64,000 bases of DNA, from positions 248,819 to 312,818 of the forward strand of contig CP145875.1 in NCBI GenBank assembly GCA_041942865.1, written 5' to 3'. Below are positions 1 to 10,356 of the stretch, one piece after another. Position 1 is the first letter of the stretch. Each line of letters starts with the position of its first letter. Made by a program: the position numbers and the translations under genes. The stretch comes from Candidatus Dasytiphilus stammeri (lineage in GTDB: Bacteria > Pseudomonadota > Gammaproteobacteria > Enterobacterales > Enterobacteriaceae). A model generated the notes under the pieces. It was not told where the DNA came from, made no database searches, and worked only from the letters and a program-made list of their open reading frames with translations.

Positions 1-172
1 AGAGATTTTCAGCTATAAAATGCTACATTAATTAGCATTATGTTGTTGATTTATCAATAAACTACCTTTTAGTCCTCATAAAAATGTACTATTATTAAAT
101 TACAGTTAAATAGATGATATAAAAAATTTCAAGGCTAATCTCATCAAATATGAGAATTATGGTAAAGCACAT

Positions 173-331
173 ATGTTTATGTATCTTCCATTTTTAATCG
201 GGTTTCTAACAGTGATGAGTTTTTTATTAGATAGAAAAAACTTGGGTTATATATTATGGGGGATATTATTAATAGTTACTGTTACTTGGTTTAACTACCA
301 TAGCACTAGCTCACTAAATTTATCCTTTTAA
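173..331 (+). CDS. 52-codon hydrophobic micro-ORF (MFMYLPFLIGFLTVMSFLLDRKNLGYILWGILLIVTVTWFNYHSTSSLNLSF). Predicted two-TM small membrane protein, below the ORF-track size cutoff.
   Basis: Hand translation. The stop TAA (329-331) shares one nt with the ATG (331-333) of the next gene (TAATG), suggesting translational coupling. Two hydrophobic segments. Confidence 0.35.
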   Translation: MFMYLPFLIGFLTVMSFLLDRKNLGYILWGILLIVTVTWFNYHSTSSLNLSF

Positions 332-933
332 TGATGCAATGCAGAGAAAATAACATGAAGAAGTTTGGAGGTTATGCTAAAAAACCATTTAATGCACGTA
401 AAATATGTTATCTTCTAAATATAGTAGGCATGCTAGTCAATAATCTTATATTAACAATTGCCTTTTATTACCAGCTAGTTAAGGATGAATTACCTTGCCC
501 AATCTGCTTACTACAGCGCGTTGGTGTGATTATGATTAGCATCGGATTTTTTCTAAATGTGCGCTTTGGTATCAGTAGTAGCCACTATGGAATAGCGCTA
601 CTAGGTAGTATTCTCACCGCTATAATTGCAACCCGTCAAGTACTTTTACATATTCTTCCTGGAGATCCAGGTTACGGAAGTTCAATATTTGGACTTCATT
701 TTTATACTTTAGCATTGTTAAGTTCATTAGTTACAATTGTTGCTATTGCTATGCTGTTAATCTTACAACGCTGGGAAGAAATCGAGCGGAATTCCATAAA
801 TTTAACATTTGAAGGTAAAATTGCTATTATAATTTTTATGGTGTTAATTGCTGCAAACGTAGTATCTACACTACTAGAGTGTGGGCTTGGGCCGTGCGAT
901 AATAATCCTACGAAGTATAATTTCATGCCTTGA
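331..933 (+). CDS. DsbB/BdbC-family-like membrane thiol-disulfide oxidoreductase (atypical)
   Basis: Multi-TM protein with LPCPICLLQR after TM1 (compare BdbC PCELCWYQR and DsbB PCVLCIYER). A second closely spaced Cys pair (ECGLGPC) sits at the extreme C-terminus. Not the 176-aa E. coli DsbB ortholog. Confidence 0.5.
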   Translation: MMQCRENNMKKFGGYAKKPFNARKICYLLNIVGMLVNNLILTIAFYYQLVKDELPCPICLLQRVGVIMISIGFFLNVRFGISSSHYGIALLGSILTAIIATRQVLLHILPGDPGYGSSIFGLHFYTLALLSSLVTIVAIAMLLILQRWEEIERNSINLTFEGKIAIIIFMVLIAANVVSTLLECGLGPCDNNPTKYNFMP

Positions 934-935
934 AT

Positions 936-1682
936 TTAAGCGGGATTTAGAATATCTATAAAAATCACATCAAGAGCATAGTTTTGTTCCAACCATAAGC
1001 TTAATGCCTGAATCCCTCCACGTTCGGTAGCATGGTGACCGGCTGCAAAAAAATGTAACCGATTTTCACGTGCGCTATGGATAGTTTGTTCTGATACTTC
1101 ACCTGTAATAAAAGCGTCTACACCAAAAGCGGCGGCATCATCAATAAATTTTTGTCCCGCTCCAGTACACCAGGCTACACTACTTATTAAGTTTGGTGCA
1201 TTATTATCACCATAATGCAATGGAACCCGCCCGAGCTTTCTTATAATACGTGCTAACAGGGATTCACTAGTTAATGGTTGTATAAATTTTCCCCAATAAA
1301 GCAAAGGTACTATTTCTCCTTGTACTATTATATTCAATAATTTAGCTAATTGGGCATTATTACCCAATTGTGGGTGAGCATCTAATGGTAAATGCCAACT
1401 ATACAAATTAATATCATTTAATAATATAGTTTTTAGGCGGTTTCGTTTCATTCCGTATATGATGGGTAATTCATTTTTCCAAAAGTACCCATGATGAACA
1501 ATGATAGCGTCTGCATGATGAGAAACGGCTTCATCAATTAAGGCCTGACATGCGGTTACTCCCGTAACTATTTTAGTAATCTCTTCTCGTCCCGTAATCT
1601 GCAACCCGTTAGGCACATAATCATTGAAAGAAGTACTACGTAGTTCCAGGTTAATTAATTTTTCTAATTCTAGATTGTGCAT
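936..1682 (-). CDS. ybgI: Nif3-family dinuclear metal-centre protein YbgI
   Basis: Near full-length similarity to E. coli YbgI (NGLQ..GKE..KIVTGVTA, VHHGYFWK, GMKRNRLKT, GHHATERGGI). Confidence 0.9.
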   Translation of the reverse strand: MHNLELEKLINLELRSTSFNDYVPNGLQITGREEITKIVTGVTACQALIDEAVSHHADAIIVHHGYFWKNELPIIYGMKRNRLKTILLNDINLYSWHLPLDAHPQLGNNAQLAKLLNIIVQGEIVPLLYWGKFIQPLTSESLLARIIRKLGRVPLHYGDNNAPNLISSVAWCTGAGQKFIDDAAAFGVDAFITGEVSEQTIHSARENRLHFFAAGHHATERGGIQALSLWLEQNYALDVIFIDILNPA

Positions 1683-1790
1683 ATCTATTTTGTAATTTTG
1701 GGGATTAATCTCGATCCCAACTAGTATATAATATTCATTTTATGAATATAAATTTAATTATTAGGTTAATATTTAACCTCTCTTGATCTT

Positions 1791-2558
1791 ATGAAATTAA
1801 ATATTTGTTTACATTCAGTAAAAAATGTGACTAATACAAGAATTACACCAGTTATGATGATTCATGGATTATTTGGTAGCATGAATAATTTGAATAGGTT
1901 AGTACATGGTTTAAAGTCCTATAGGACAATTCTTCAAGTTGATGTACGAAATCATGGTTTGTCCAACCATAGTGAAGAAATGAATTATCAGGTAATGGCT
2001 CAAGATATGCTGGAAACACTAAATGCTAATAGCATAGAGCGTGTGATTGTTGTTGGGCACTCGATGGGAGGTAAAATTGCTATGAAAATGACAGCGATTG
2101 CTCCAGAAAGAATTGAAAAAATTATTATTCTTGACATAGCTCCAGTATCCTATGAAAGACAACCTACCGAAATATTTTCGGCATTGAATGCTGTCACCAA
2201 TGCTAATACTAATTCACGTCATCAAGCAGCTGTTATAATGCAACAGTATTCAATTGAAGAGAAGATCATTAAGTTTCTCTTGAAGTCTTTTCATAATGGT
2301 GGTTGGCGTTTTAACCTGCAAGTAATTCAAAAACAGTACATGGAAATTATCGATTGGCAATCTATATCGTCTTGGCAAAATCCTGCCTTGTTTATTCGAG
2401 GAGAGTCTTCTAATTATGTAAATCAAAGGTATTATCCTCTATTACTTAAGCAGTTTCCACATGCCTATATTAACATGATTAGTGGTTCTGGACACTGGTT
2501 ACATATTGAAAATTCAGAAATCGTTTTAAGTCTTCTGGGTCATTTTTTGATATTGTGA
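1791..2558 (+). CDS. ybfF: alpha/beta-hydrolase esterase YbfF
   Basis: HGLFGS, GHSMGGK nucleophile elbow, DIAPV and GHW.H motifs colinear with E. coli YbfF. Confidence 0.85.
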   Translation: MKLNICLHSVKNVTNTRITPVMMIHGLFGSMNNLNRLVHGLKSYRTILQVDVRNHGLSNHSEEMNYQVMAQDMLETLNANSIERVIVVGHSMGGKIAMKMTAIAPERIEKIIILDIAPVSYERQPTEIFSALNAVTNANTNSRHQAAVIMQQYSIEEKIIKFLLKSFHNGGWRFNLQVIQKQYMEIIDWQSISSWQNPALFIRGESSNYVNQRYYPLLLKQFPHAYINMISGSGHWLHIENSEIVLSLLGHFLIL

Positions 2559-2659
2559 ATTTATTAGTATTTGATTCAAGTACTTACTCTGAGATTTATC
2601 ATTAAAATGTTATGATCTTATCTAATTTGATTTATTAAAATAGTTAGGATATAAATGCT

Positions 2660-3181
2660 ATGAAAAAATTAGGGATTTTTTTTGGTAGTGATACCGGGAA
2701 TACAGAAAATATTGCCAGAATGATTCATATCAAACTAGGTAAAAGCATTGCTGAAATTTATGATATTGCTAAAAGCACAAAACAAGATCTTGAAAAATTT
2801 AAGATTTTATTATTAGGTATTCCAACCTGGTATTATGGTGAAGTTCAATGCGATTGGGATGATTTTATACCAGCTTTGAAAAATATAGATTTCAATGATA
2901 AATATGTGGCAATCTTTGGGTGTGGAGATCAAGAAGACTATTCTGAATATTTTTGTGATGCTATGGGAACATTACGTGATATCATAGAACCAAAGAGAGC
3001 ACACCTAATTGGACGCTGGCCAACCGCTGGATATCATTTTGAATCATCTAAAGGTTTAGTAAATAATGATTATTTTATTGGTCTGGCGATAGATGAAGAC
3101 AGACAACCAGAATTAACTAAACAACGTGTTAATAATTGGGTCGAACAAATTTGTAGCGAATTACCCTCCAATTGGTTGTAG
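2660..3181 (+). CDS. fldA: flavodoxin 1
   Basis: [34 protein letters not shown] and [13 protein letters not shown] are almost identical to E. coli FldA. Confidence 0.93.
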   Translation: MKKLGIFFGSDTGNTENIARMIHIKLGKSIAEIYDIAKSTKQDLEKFKILLLGIPTWYYGEVQCDWDDFIPALKNIDFNDKYVAIFGCGDQEDYSEYFCDAMGTLRDIIEPKRAHLIGRWPTAGYHFESSKGLVNNDYFIGLAIDEDRQPELTKQRVNNWVEQICSELPSNWL

Positions 3182-3206
3182 CCTATTATAATATACCATA
3201 CTAGGA

Positions 3207-4877
3207 TTAATATTTTTTATCTTTCCAATTCGAGCGCAACTTAACGGTACGATTAAATACCAGATTATCAACAGAAGAATAATAGCTATCAGCACAAAAA
3301 TAGCCTTGGCGCTCGAATTGGAAAGGAGTATGAAATTGTGCTTCTTTTAAACTAGGTTCTACGAAACCATTGCATATCTTTAATGAGTATGGATTAACTT
3401 GGGATAAAAAATCTTCGGTAGCTTCAGGATTAGGAATCCTAAATAAACTTTCATAAAGACGAAATTGTGCAGGTAGAGCATGTTTGACTGAAACCCAGTG
3501 AATTACCCCATGGACATTTTCCGTAAATTTGTTAAGAGTGTCTAGATCACAGGTACAGTATAACCTAACAATATTACCGGCATTGTCTTTCACGATACGT
3601 TCTGCTCTGATAACATAAGCATATCTAAGTCGCACTTGTCTACCAAGTATCAAACGTTTGTATTGCGGGAGAGCTTCTTCACAGAAATCAGTACGATCAA
3701 TGTATATTTCGCGACTAAATGGTACTTTACGATCGCCCATTTCAGGTTTCTTGGGATGATTACTCATAGTTAATCTCTCTGTATAACCCAGAGGTAAATT
3801 CTCTAACACTACTTTTAATGGATATAAAACCGCCATCGCACGTGGAGCATGTTCGTTTAACTCCTCACGTATACAGGCTTCCAATGAAGCCATTTTTACC
3901 AAACTATCCTGTCGAGTAACGCCAATCTGACGACAGAATTCCCGAATTGAAGCAGCCGTATAACCCCGTCGTCGCAACCCAGAAATAGTTAACAGACGTG
4001 GATCATCCCAACCTTCAACAATCTTCTCAGATATAAGCATTTTAAGCTTGCGTTTTGACATTACTGCCCTTTCTAAATTTAATCTAGAAAATTCGTATTG
4101 TTTTGGGTGCGTTGAAATAGTAATACTATTTAGTATCCAGTCATATAAATATCGGTTGTCTTGGAATTCTAGTGTACAAAGTGAGTGAGTTATACCCTCA
4201 AGTGCATCGGAAATACAATGAGAAAAATCATACATTGGATAAATGCACCATTTATTACCGGTCTGATGGTGTTTAGTAAATTTTATTCGATATAATACTG
4301 GATCACGCATTACAAGGATACTTGAAGCCATATCAATTTTAGCGCGTAGGCAAGCGCTTCCTTCACTGAAACCACCTTGACGCATCTTTTCAAATAGACG
4401 GAGATTGATTTTTACACTACGATAACGGTAAGGACTATTTTTACCTGGAGCAGTTAGGGTTCCCCGGTACTCTCGCATCTGTTGCGGAGTTAATTGATCA
4501 ACATAGGCTAAACCTTTTTTAATTAATTCCACAGCGTAGTCGTATAATTGTTCAAAATAGTTAGATGAATAACGAATATCGCCGCTCCATTGGTAACCTA
4601 ACCAATGTACATCATGCTTAATAGATTCGATATATTCTTGATTTTCTTTTACTGGATTAGTATCATCAAAACGAAGATGGCACTTTCCCTGATAATCTTG
4701 TGCAATTCCAAAATTAAGGCAAATCGATTTAGCATGTCCAATATGTAAATGACCATTGGGCTCAGGTGGAAAACGAGTAGATACCATGTGATATTTCCCA
4801 TCAGCTAAATCTTGCTCAATAATTTTACGAATAAAATTTTTCGGCGGTACTTTTCCTTTATTCATAATTTTATCCAA
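3207..4877 (-). CDS. glnS: glutaminyl-tRNA synthetase
   Basis: [18 protein letters not shown] (HIGH), VMSKRKL (KMSKS-like), colinear with E. coli GlnRS. The start could be the internal Met a few codons downstream. Confidence 0.95.
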   Translation of the reverse strand: MDKIMNKGKVPPKNFIRKIIEQDLADGKYHMVSTRFPPEPNGHLHIGHAKSICLNFGIAQDYQGKCHLRFDDTNPVKENQEYIESIKHDVHWLGYQWSGDIRYSSNYFEQLYDYAVELIKKGLAYVDQLTPQQMREYRGTLTAPGKNSPYRYRSVKINLRLFEKMRQGGFSEGSACLRAKIDMASSILVMRDPVLYRIKFTKHHQTGNKWCIYPMYDFSHCISDALEGITHSLCTLEFQDNRYLYDWILNSITISTHPKQYEFSRLNLERAVMSKRKLKMLISEKIVEGWDDPRLLTISGLRRRGYTAASIREFCRQIGVTRQDSLVKMASLEACIREELNEHAPRAMAVLYPLKVVLENLPLGYTERLTMSNHPKKPEMGDRKVPFSREIYIDRTDFCEEALPQYKRLILGRQVRLRYAYVIRAERIVKDNAGNIVRLYCTCDLDTLNKFTENVHGVIHWVSVKHALPAQFRLYESLFRIPNPEATEDFLSQVNPYSLKICNGFVEPSLKEAQFHTPFQFERQGYFCADSYYSSVDNLVFNRTVKLRSNWKDKKY

Positions 4878-5001
4878 TCATTTTAATAAAATTTAAGATT
4901 TATTTAAAATAATTAACTAACATATAGTTAAGTAAAAATTTTAGGAAATTTATTGACGCTCATAGGATAACTTAAGCATAATATTATTTAAAGTAAAATA
5001 T

Positions 5002-5075
5002 GGCTACGTAGCTCAGACGGTTAGAGCACAGCACTCATAATGCTGGGGTCACAGGTTCGAATCCCGTCGTAGCCA
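5002..5075 (+). tRNA. metT: tRNA-Met (CAU), elongator type
   Basis: GGCTACGTAGCTCAG...CTCATAA...GGTTCGAATCC...CGTAGCCA is near-identical to E. coli metT. The 3' CCA is not encoded (followed by CTA). Confidence 0.93.
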
Positions 5076-5085
5076 CTATAATTTT

Positions 5086-5170
5086 GCGGAAGTGGCGGAA
5101 TTGGTAGACGCACTAGATTTAGAGTCTGGCACCGCAAGGTATGCGAGTTCAAATCTCGCCTTCCGCACCA
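5086..5170 (+). tRNA. leuW: tRNA-Leu (UAG), long variable arm, CCA encoded
   Basis: GCGGAAGTGGCGGAATTGGTAGACGC...TTTAGAG loop...GAGTTCAAATCTCGCCTTCCGCACCA matches the E. coli leuW architecture. Confidence 0.93.
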
Positions 5171-5188
5171 GATATTGATTGATTTTGG

Positions 5189-5260
5189 TGGGGTATAGCC
5201 AAGCGGTAAGGCACCGGGTTTTGATCCCGGCATTCCCAGGTTCGAATCCTGGTACCCCAG
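5189..5260 (+). tRNA. glnU: tRNA-Gln (UUG)
   Basis: TGGGGTATAGCCAAGCGGTAAGGCACCGGG-TTTTGAT-CCCGG...GGTTCGAATCCTGGTACCCCAG. CCA not encoded. Confidence 0.93.
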
Positions 5261-5279
5261 TTTTAAAATTATGGCGTGG

Positions 5280-5351
5280 TGGGGTATAGCCAAGCGGTAA
5301 GGCAGCGGATTCTGATTCCGCCATTCCTAGGTTCGAATCCTAGTACCCCAG
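5280..5351 (+). tRNA. glnV: tRNA-Gln (CUG)
   Basis: Same scaffold as the preceding tRNA, with anticodon loop TTCTGAT. CCA not encoded. Confidence 0.93.
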
Positions 5352-5433
5352 TGATTTTCATATCGGCGGCGAGTAGCTGATTTTTAACCAGTATAAGATA
5401 CAGGGATTACTACTTTAGTGAACGGTCAATTAT

Positions 5434-6756
5434 ATGACAAAAAAATTATATATTAAAACGTGGGGTTGTCAGATGAATGAATATGATTCATCTAAGATTA
5501 TAGCTCTTTTAAAAAAAACGCATAGTTATTCAATTACTAATGTCTCTGAAGAAGCCGATCTTTTGCTACTCAATACATGTTCAATCCGTGAAAAAGCACA
5601 AGAAAAAGTCTTTCATCAGTTAGGTCGATGGAAAAAGCTCAAGGAAAAAAAACCCCAGATAATTATTGGTGTAGGAGGATGTGTAGCTTCACAGGAAGGT
5701 GAATATATTCTTAAGCGCGCTAATTATGTTGATATGATATTTGGACCACAAACTATGCAGCGTCTACCAGATATGATTGATACGGTTACTAGCTTACATA
5801 CACCAGTAATAGATATCAGTTTTCCTAAAGCAGAAAAGTTTATTTCTCTTCCTCACCTCATCTCTGCTAGTCCCACCGCCCTGGTTTCCATTATGGAAGG
5901 TTGTAATAAATATTGTTCTTTTTGTATTGTTCCTTATACACGTGGTAGAGAAATTAGTCGCCCGTGCAATGAAATTTTAGATGAAATTTCACAGCTTGTA
6001 GAACAAGGTGTACGTGAAGTGAATCTCTTAGGACAAAATGTTAATGCATATTACGGTACCTCCTTTAATCATGGTTTCTGCTCTTTTTCAAATCTTTTAC
6101 GTCAAGTAGCAAATATTAATGGTATTGATCGAATACGTTTTACTACTAGTCATCCTATAAATTTTACTGATGATATAATCGACGTTTACCGTGATACTCC
6201 TGAACTGGTTAGTTTTTTACATTTGCCAGTACAAAGTGGTTCGGATAGGGTGCTCAAGCTAATGAAACGCGGATATACTTCATTGGATTATAAAAAAATT
6301 ATTAATAAATTACGTGCAGCACGTCCTGAGATTCATATCAGTTCAGATTTTATGGTAGGTTTTCCTGGAGAAACTACTGAAGATTTTGAACAAACCATGC
6401 AACTAGTCAGCGACATAAATTTTGATATGAGTTTTAGTTTTATTTATTCTCCAAGACCAGGTACACGAGCTTCTCGTATGATGAATCAAATTAGTGAAAT
6501 TGATAAAAAGCACCGTTTGTATCTTTTACAAAAACGTATTAACCATCAGACTAGATCTTGGAGCAGGCGGATGCTTGGTACTATACAGCGAATTCTGGTT
6601 GAAGGAATTTCGCGGAAAAATATTATGGAGCTTTCAGGTCGTACCGAAAATAATCGAGTAGTAAATTTTGAAGGGTCTCCAGAACTAATTGGTAAATTTA
6701 TTGATGTAGAGATTGTTGATATTTTACCTAATTCTCTGCGTGGCAACCGGGTTTAA
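5434..6756 (+). CDS. miaB: tRNA-i6A37 methylthiotransferase MiaB (radical SAM)
   Basis: [13 protein letters not shown]-terminal cluster, [17 protein letters not shown] radical-SAM motif, C-terminal TRAM region. Confidence 0.93.
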   Translation: MTKKLYIKTWGCQMNEYDSSKIIALLKKTHSYSITNVSEEADLLLLNTCSIREKAQEKVFHQLGRWKKLKEKKPQIIIGVGGCVASQEGEYILKRANYVDMIFGPQTMQRLPDMIDTVTSLHTPVIDISFPKAEKFISLPHLISASPTALVSIMEGCNKYCSFCIVPYTRGREISRPCNEILDEISQLVEQGVREVNLLGQNVNAYYGTSFNHGFCSFSNLLRQVANINGIDRIRFTTSHPINFTDDIIDVYRDTPELVSFLHLPVQSGSDRVLKLMKRGYTSLDYKKIINKLRAARPEIHISSDFMVGFPGETTEDFEQTMQLVSDINFDMSFSFIYSPRPGTRASRMMNQISEIDKKHRLYLLQKRINHQTRSWSRRMLGTIQRILVEGISRKNIMELSGRTENNRVVNFEGSPELIGKFIDVEIVDILPNSLRGNRV

Positions 6757-6777
6757 ATAGTTAAAAGATTATAATTA

Positions 6778-7245
6778 ATGAGCACTATAATTCTCAATCT
6801 GCAAATGGCCTGTAGTAATAATACTAAATCACCAAAAAAAAAATATTTTTATCAATGGCTCGATGCAGTTTTTTTTCGATATAAAGAAGATAAAGAAATT
6901 ACTATTCGCATAGTAGATGCATTGGAAAGTAAAATACTCAATTTTAGATATCGAGGTCAAAATAAACCCACTAATGTCTTGTCTTTTCCTTTTAATCCAC
7001 CATCGTACATAGGTTTACCATTTATTGGGGATTTGGTGATATGCTGCTCTCTTGTTGAACAGGAAGCCAAAGAACAGAACCAAGTATTACTAGAACATTG
7101 GGCTCATCTGGTGATTCATGGTAGTTTACACTTATTAGGTTATGATCATATTCAGGATTCAGATGCCGTAGAGATGCAATTAATAGAAAAGCAACTAATG
7201 CTTACTTTGGGATATTCTGATCCTTATGTGATTATAAGTGAATAA
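6778..7245 (+). CDS. ybeY: rRNA maturation endoribonuclease YbeY
   Basis: HLVIHGSLHLLGYDH zinc motif, TNVLSFPF. Contains an in-frame A10 run at 6834-6843. Confidence 0.9.
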   Translation: MSTIILNLQMACSNNTKSPKKKYFYQWLDAVFFRYKEDKEITIRIVDALESKILNFRYRGQNKPTNVLSFPFNPPSYIGLPFIGDLVICCSLVEQEAKEQNQVLLEHWAHLVIHGSLHLLGYDHIQDSDAVEMQLIEKQLMLTLGYSDPYVIISE

Positions 7246-7710
7246 TGATAAACTACTTTAATTGGGATCCGTGTGTAATTTTACAATTAAAAAGATTACT
7301 GCCCCAATTAGCTCCATTGATAAATTTAATTAAGTAATGGTTGATACTTACAATCATGCCATGTCCTTGATCAACGCGATTTGCTCTTAAATTATCTTGG
7401 AATAGCAAGTAAGTTATGGAGAATTATCGAGATTATAGTCAATGATGCTTCTTGGTTATGGCAACCATTTTCAATGGCACTTTCAGGCGTGATCCTTGAA
7501 CTAGGAGGACCTTTATATTATATATTACAAATAATGGAGTAACAGTGGTTATTAATGGGAGATAATTCCGCAGTTTCAAGTTATCACTATGCTAGAGGCC
7601 ATAAATTAATATGGATGATTAAAATCAGATTTGTAGTAATATGCTTTATCAAAAATAATGATTAATATAAATATTTTTAATCCTCATGAAAATTACTTTC
7701 ATCAGCTATC

Positions 7711-10299
7711 ATGCATGATCAATATATTCCGAAAGAAATAGAACCTGGCGTACAGCTTTACTGGAAAAATCATAAAACTTTTCAGGTTAAAGAAGCAGAA
7801 GACCAAGAAAAATACTATTGTTTATCTATGCTTCCTTATCCATCTGGAAATCTACATATGGGGCACGTCCGTAATTATACTATTGGAGACGTGATTGCTC
7901 GTTACCAACGAATGTTAGGAAAAAACGTATTACAACCCATAGGTTGGGATGCATTTGGCTTACCAGCAGAATGTGCGGCTCTAAAAAATAAGATTGCACC
8001 GGACCATTGGACGCATAGCAATATACATTATATGAAACACCAGTTACAATCCTTAGGATTTAGTTATGATTGGAGTAGAGAAATCGTGACCTGTTCTCCT
8101 CAATATTATCGTTGGGAACAGTGGTTTTTTACTAAATTATATGAAAAAGGACTAGTATATAATAAATCTTCAATGGTTAATTGGTGTCCTAATGATCAAA
8201 CTGTCTTAGCCAATGAACAAGTTGTGGATGGCTGCTGTTGGCGTTGTGATACCAAGGTTGAAACTAGAAAAATTCCTCAATGGTTCATCAGAATAACAAA
8301 TTATGCTGATGAATTACTTAATGGTTTAGTTCAGCTAGAATTTTGGCCAGAACAGGTCAAAACTATGCAACGTAATTGGATTGGTCGTTCTGAAGGATTA
8401 GAAATTAATTTTTATTTGATTGGAGATAATAAAAAAACAATAACAGTATTCACTACACGACCAGATACTATTATGGGTATAACCTGTATTGCTATTGCTT
8501 ATGATCACCCTATTGCGGTGAAAGCTTCACTTAAATATCCGCAATTGGCGGGTTTTATTACACAGTGTAGTAATAAAACCAAGGAAAAAATCGGAATGGC
8601 GACAGGAATTTTTGTCATTCACCCATTCACTGGTGAGCATTTGCCTGTTTGGGTAGTAAACTTTGTGCAACTTGAATTTGGTACTGGTGCTATTATGGTC
8701 GTTCCAGCGCATGATCAACGCGATTGGGAATTTGCTAATAAATATAATTTGCCAATTAAAGCCGTAATCTTAGCGGCAAATGGTACTATTCCCAATGTTA
8801 AATCACAGGCTATGACTAAAAAAGGTATGTTATTTAATTCAGATGAATTTAGTGGTCTTTCTAATGAAGAGGGAAGTAAGGCAATTATAAAAAAAATTAT
8901 TACACAGGGTATAGGAAATCACAAAGTTCATTATCGTCTCCGGGATTGGGGCATTTCTCGTCAGCGTTATTGGGGGGCACCTATTCCCATGCTTAAAATG
9001 GAAGATGGTTCTTTTATACCAGTTCCAGAAGATCAACTACCAGTTTTACTACCCGAACTAGCACGCCATAGATTTATCGATGATACCACGAATTTAATCA
9101 AAAGAGACCCAGAATGGGGTAAAATTATGGTAAATGGCCAACATGGAGTACGGGAAACTGATACTTTTGATACTTTTATAGAATCTTCTTGGTATTACGC
9201 ACGTTATACATGTCCTCATTATGATCAGGGCATGTTAGATCCTAAGGCTGCAAATTATTGGTTGCCTGTAGATCAATATGTTGGCGGAATAGAACATGCT
9301 ATTATGCACTTAATGTATTTCCGATTATATCATAAGCTTCTTCGCGATGCTGGATTAGTTACTTCTGACGAACCAGCTAAACGCTTATTATGTCAGGGTA
9401 TGGTGTTAGCCGACGCTTTTTATTATAGAGATCATAAAAATGGGGAACGTCATTGGATTTCTCCTCTTAAGGTTACAGTAGAACGTGACGCCAAAGGAAG
9501 GATTATAAAAGCTACCGATAAAATCGGTCGTGATTTAGTTTATGCTGGATTAAGCAAAATGTCTAAATCCAAGAATAATGGAATTGATCCAAATATAATG
9601 ATTGAACGATATGGGGCCGATACGGTACGTTTATTTATAATGTTCGCATCGCCAGCAGAAAAACCACTAAAGTGGTGCGAGTCAGGAGTAGAAGGTGCTC
9701 GGCGTTTTCTAAAAAAACTTTGGAATTTAGTGTATCATCATACAAAAAAAGGACCTACCTATCCCTTAGATAAGAGTCTATTAAATGAAGAGCAGAAATC
9801 TTTACGGTGTGAACTACATAAAACCATTGCTAAGGTAACTGATGACATTGATCGCCGACAAAATTTCAATACGGCAATTGCTGCTATTATGGAATTGATG
9901 AATAAACTCTCCAGAGTGATTATAGATAGCGAACTAGATCGAGCAGTGATGCAAGAAGCCATGCTTGCCGTAGTGCGCATGCTTTACCCCTTTACACCAC
10001 ATATTTGTTTTGTCCTGTGGCAGGCTCTACATAATTCTGAAAAAAATAAGAATATAACTATTGATGAGGCAGTATGGCCTAAGGTGGATGAAGAATTAAT
10101 TAGAGAAAAAACTAAGATCGTTGTAGTCCAGGTTAATGGAAAACTTAGGGGTAAAATCACTGTTCCAATAGAATTTACCCACGAACAAATACAACAACTT
10201 GCAATAAAAGAAAATAGCGTAGTTAAATATCTCAGCGGTTTACGACTCAGAAAAGCGGTTTATGTAGCCGGCAAGCTCATTAATTTTATTGTTGATTGA
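7711..10299 (+). CDS. leuS: leucyl-tRNA synthetase
   Basis: [15 protein letters not shown] (HIGH), [11 protein letters not shown]1 editing-domain signatures. 862 aa. Confidence 0.96.
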   Translation: MHDQYIPKEIEPGVQLYWKNHKTFQVKEAEDQEKYYCLSMLPYPSGNLHMGHVRNYTIGDVIARYQRMLGKNVLQPIGWDAFGLPAECAALKNKIAPDHWTHSNIHYMKHQLQSLGFSYDWSREIVTCSPQYYRWEQWFFTKLYEKGLVYNKSSMVNWCPNDQTVLANEQVVDGCCWRCDTKVETRKIPQWFIRITNYADELLNGLVQLEFWPEQVKTMQRNWIGRSEGLEINFYLIGDNKKTITVFTTRPDTIMGITCIAIAYDHPIAVKASLKYPQLAGFITQCSNKTKEKIGMATGIFVIHPFTGEHLPVWVVNFVQLEFGTGAIMVVPAHDQRDWEFANKYNLPIKAVILAANGTIPNVKSQAMTKKGMLFNSDEFSGLSNEEGSKAIIKKIITQGIGNHKVHYRLRDWGISRQRYWGAPIPMLKMEDGSFIPVPEDQLPVLLPELARHRFIDDTTNLIKRDPEWGKIMVNGQHGVRETDTFDTFIESSWYYARYTCPHYDQGMLDPKAANYWLPVDQYVGGIEHAIMHLMYFRLYHKLLRDAGLVTSDEPAKRLLCQGMVLADAFYYRDHKNGERHWISPLKVTVERDAKGRIIKATDKIGRDLVYAGLSKMSKSKNNGIDPNIMIERYGADTVRLFIMFASPAEKPLKWCESGVEGARRFLKKLWNLVYHHTKKGPTYPLDKSLLNEEQKSLRCELHKTIAKVTDDIDRRQNFNTAIAAIMELMNKLSRVIIDSELDRAVMQEAMLAVVRMLYPFTPHICFVLWQALHNSEKNKNITIDEAVWPKVDEELIREKTKIVVVQVNGKLRGKITVPIEFTHEQIQQLAIKENSVVKYLSGLRLRKAVYVAGKLINFIVD

Positions 10300-10356
10300 A
10301 CTAAAACGGAAGGATTATTCACAATAATAGAGAGATATATAATAAGAAGCTACATT

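Noticed and set aside
5021-5324. Two minus-strand ORFs (90 and 82 aa) in the track covering the tRNA cluster
   Set aside because: They lie antisense across four well-formed tRNA genes (Met, Leu, Gln, Gln). The translations are just the complement of the tRNA stems.
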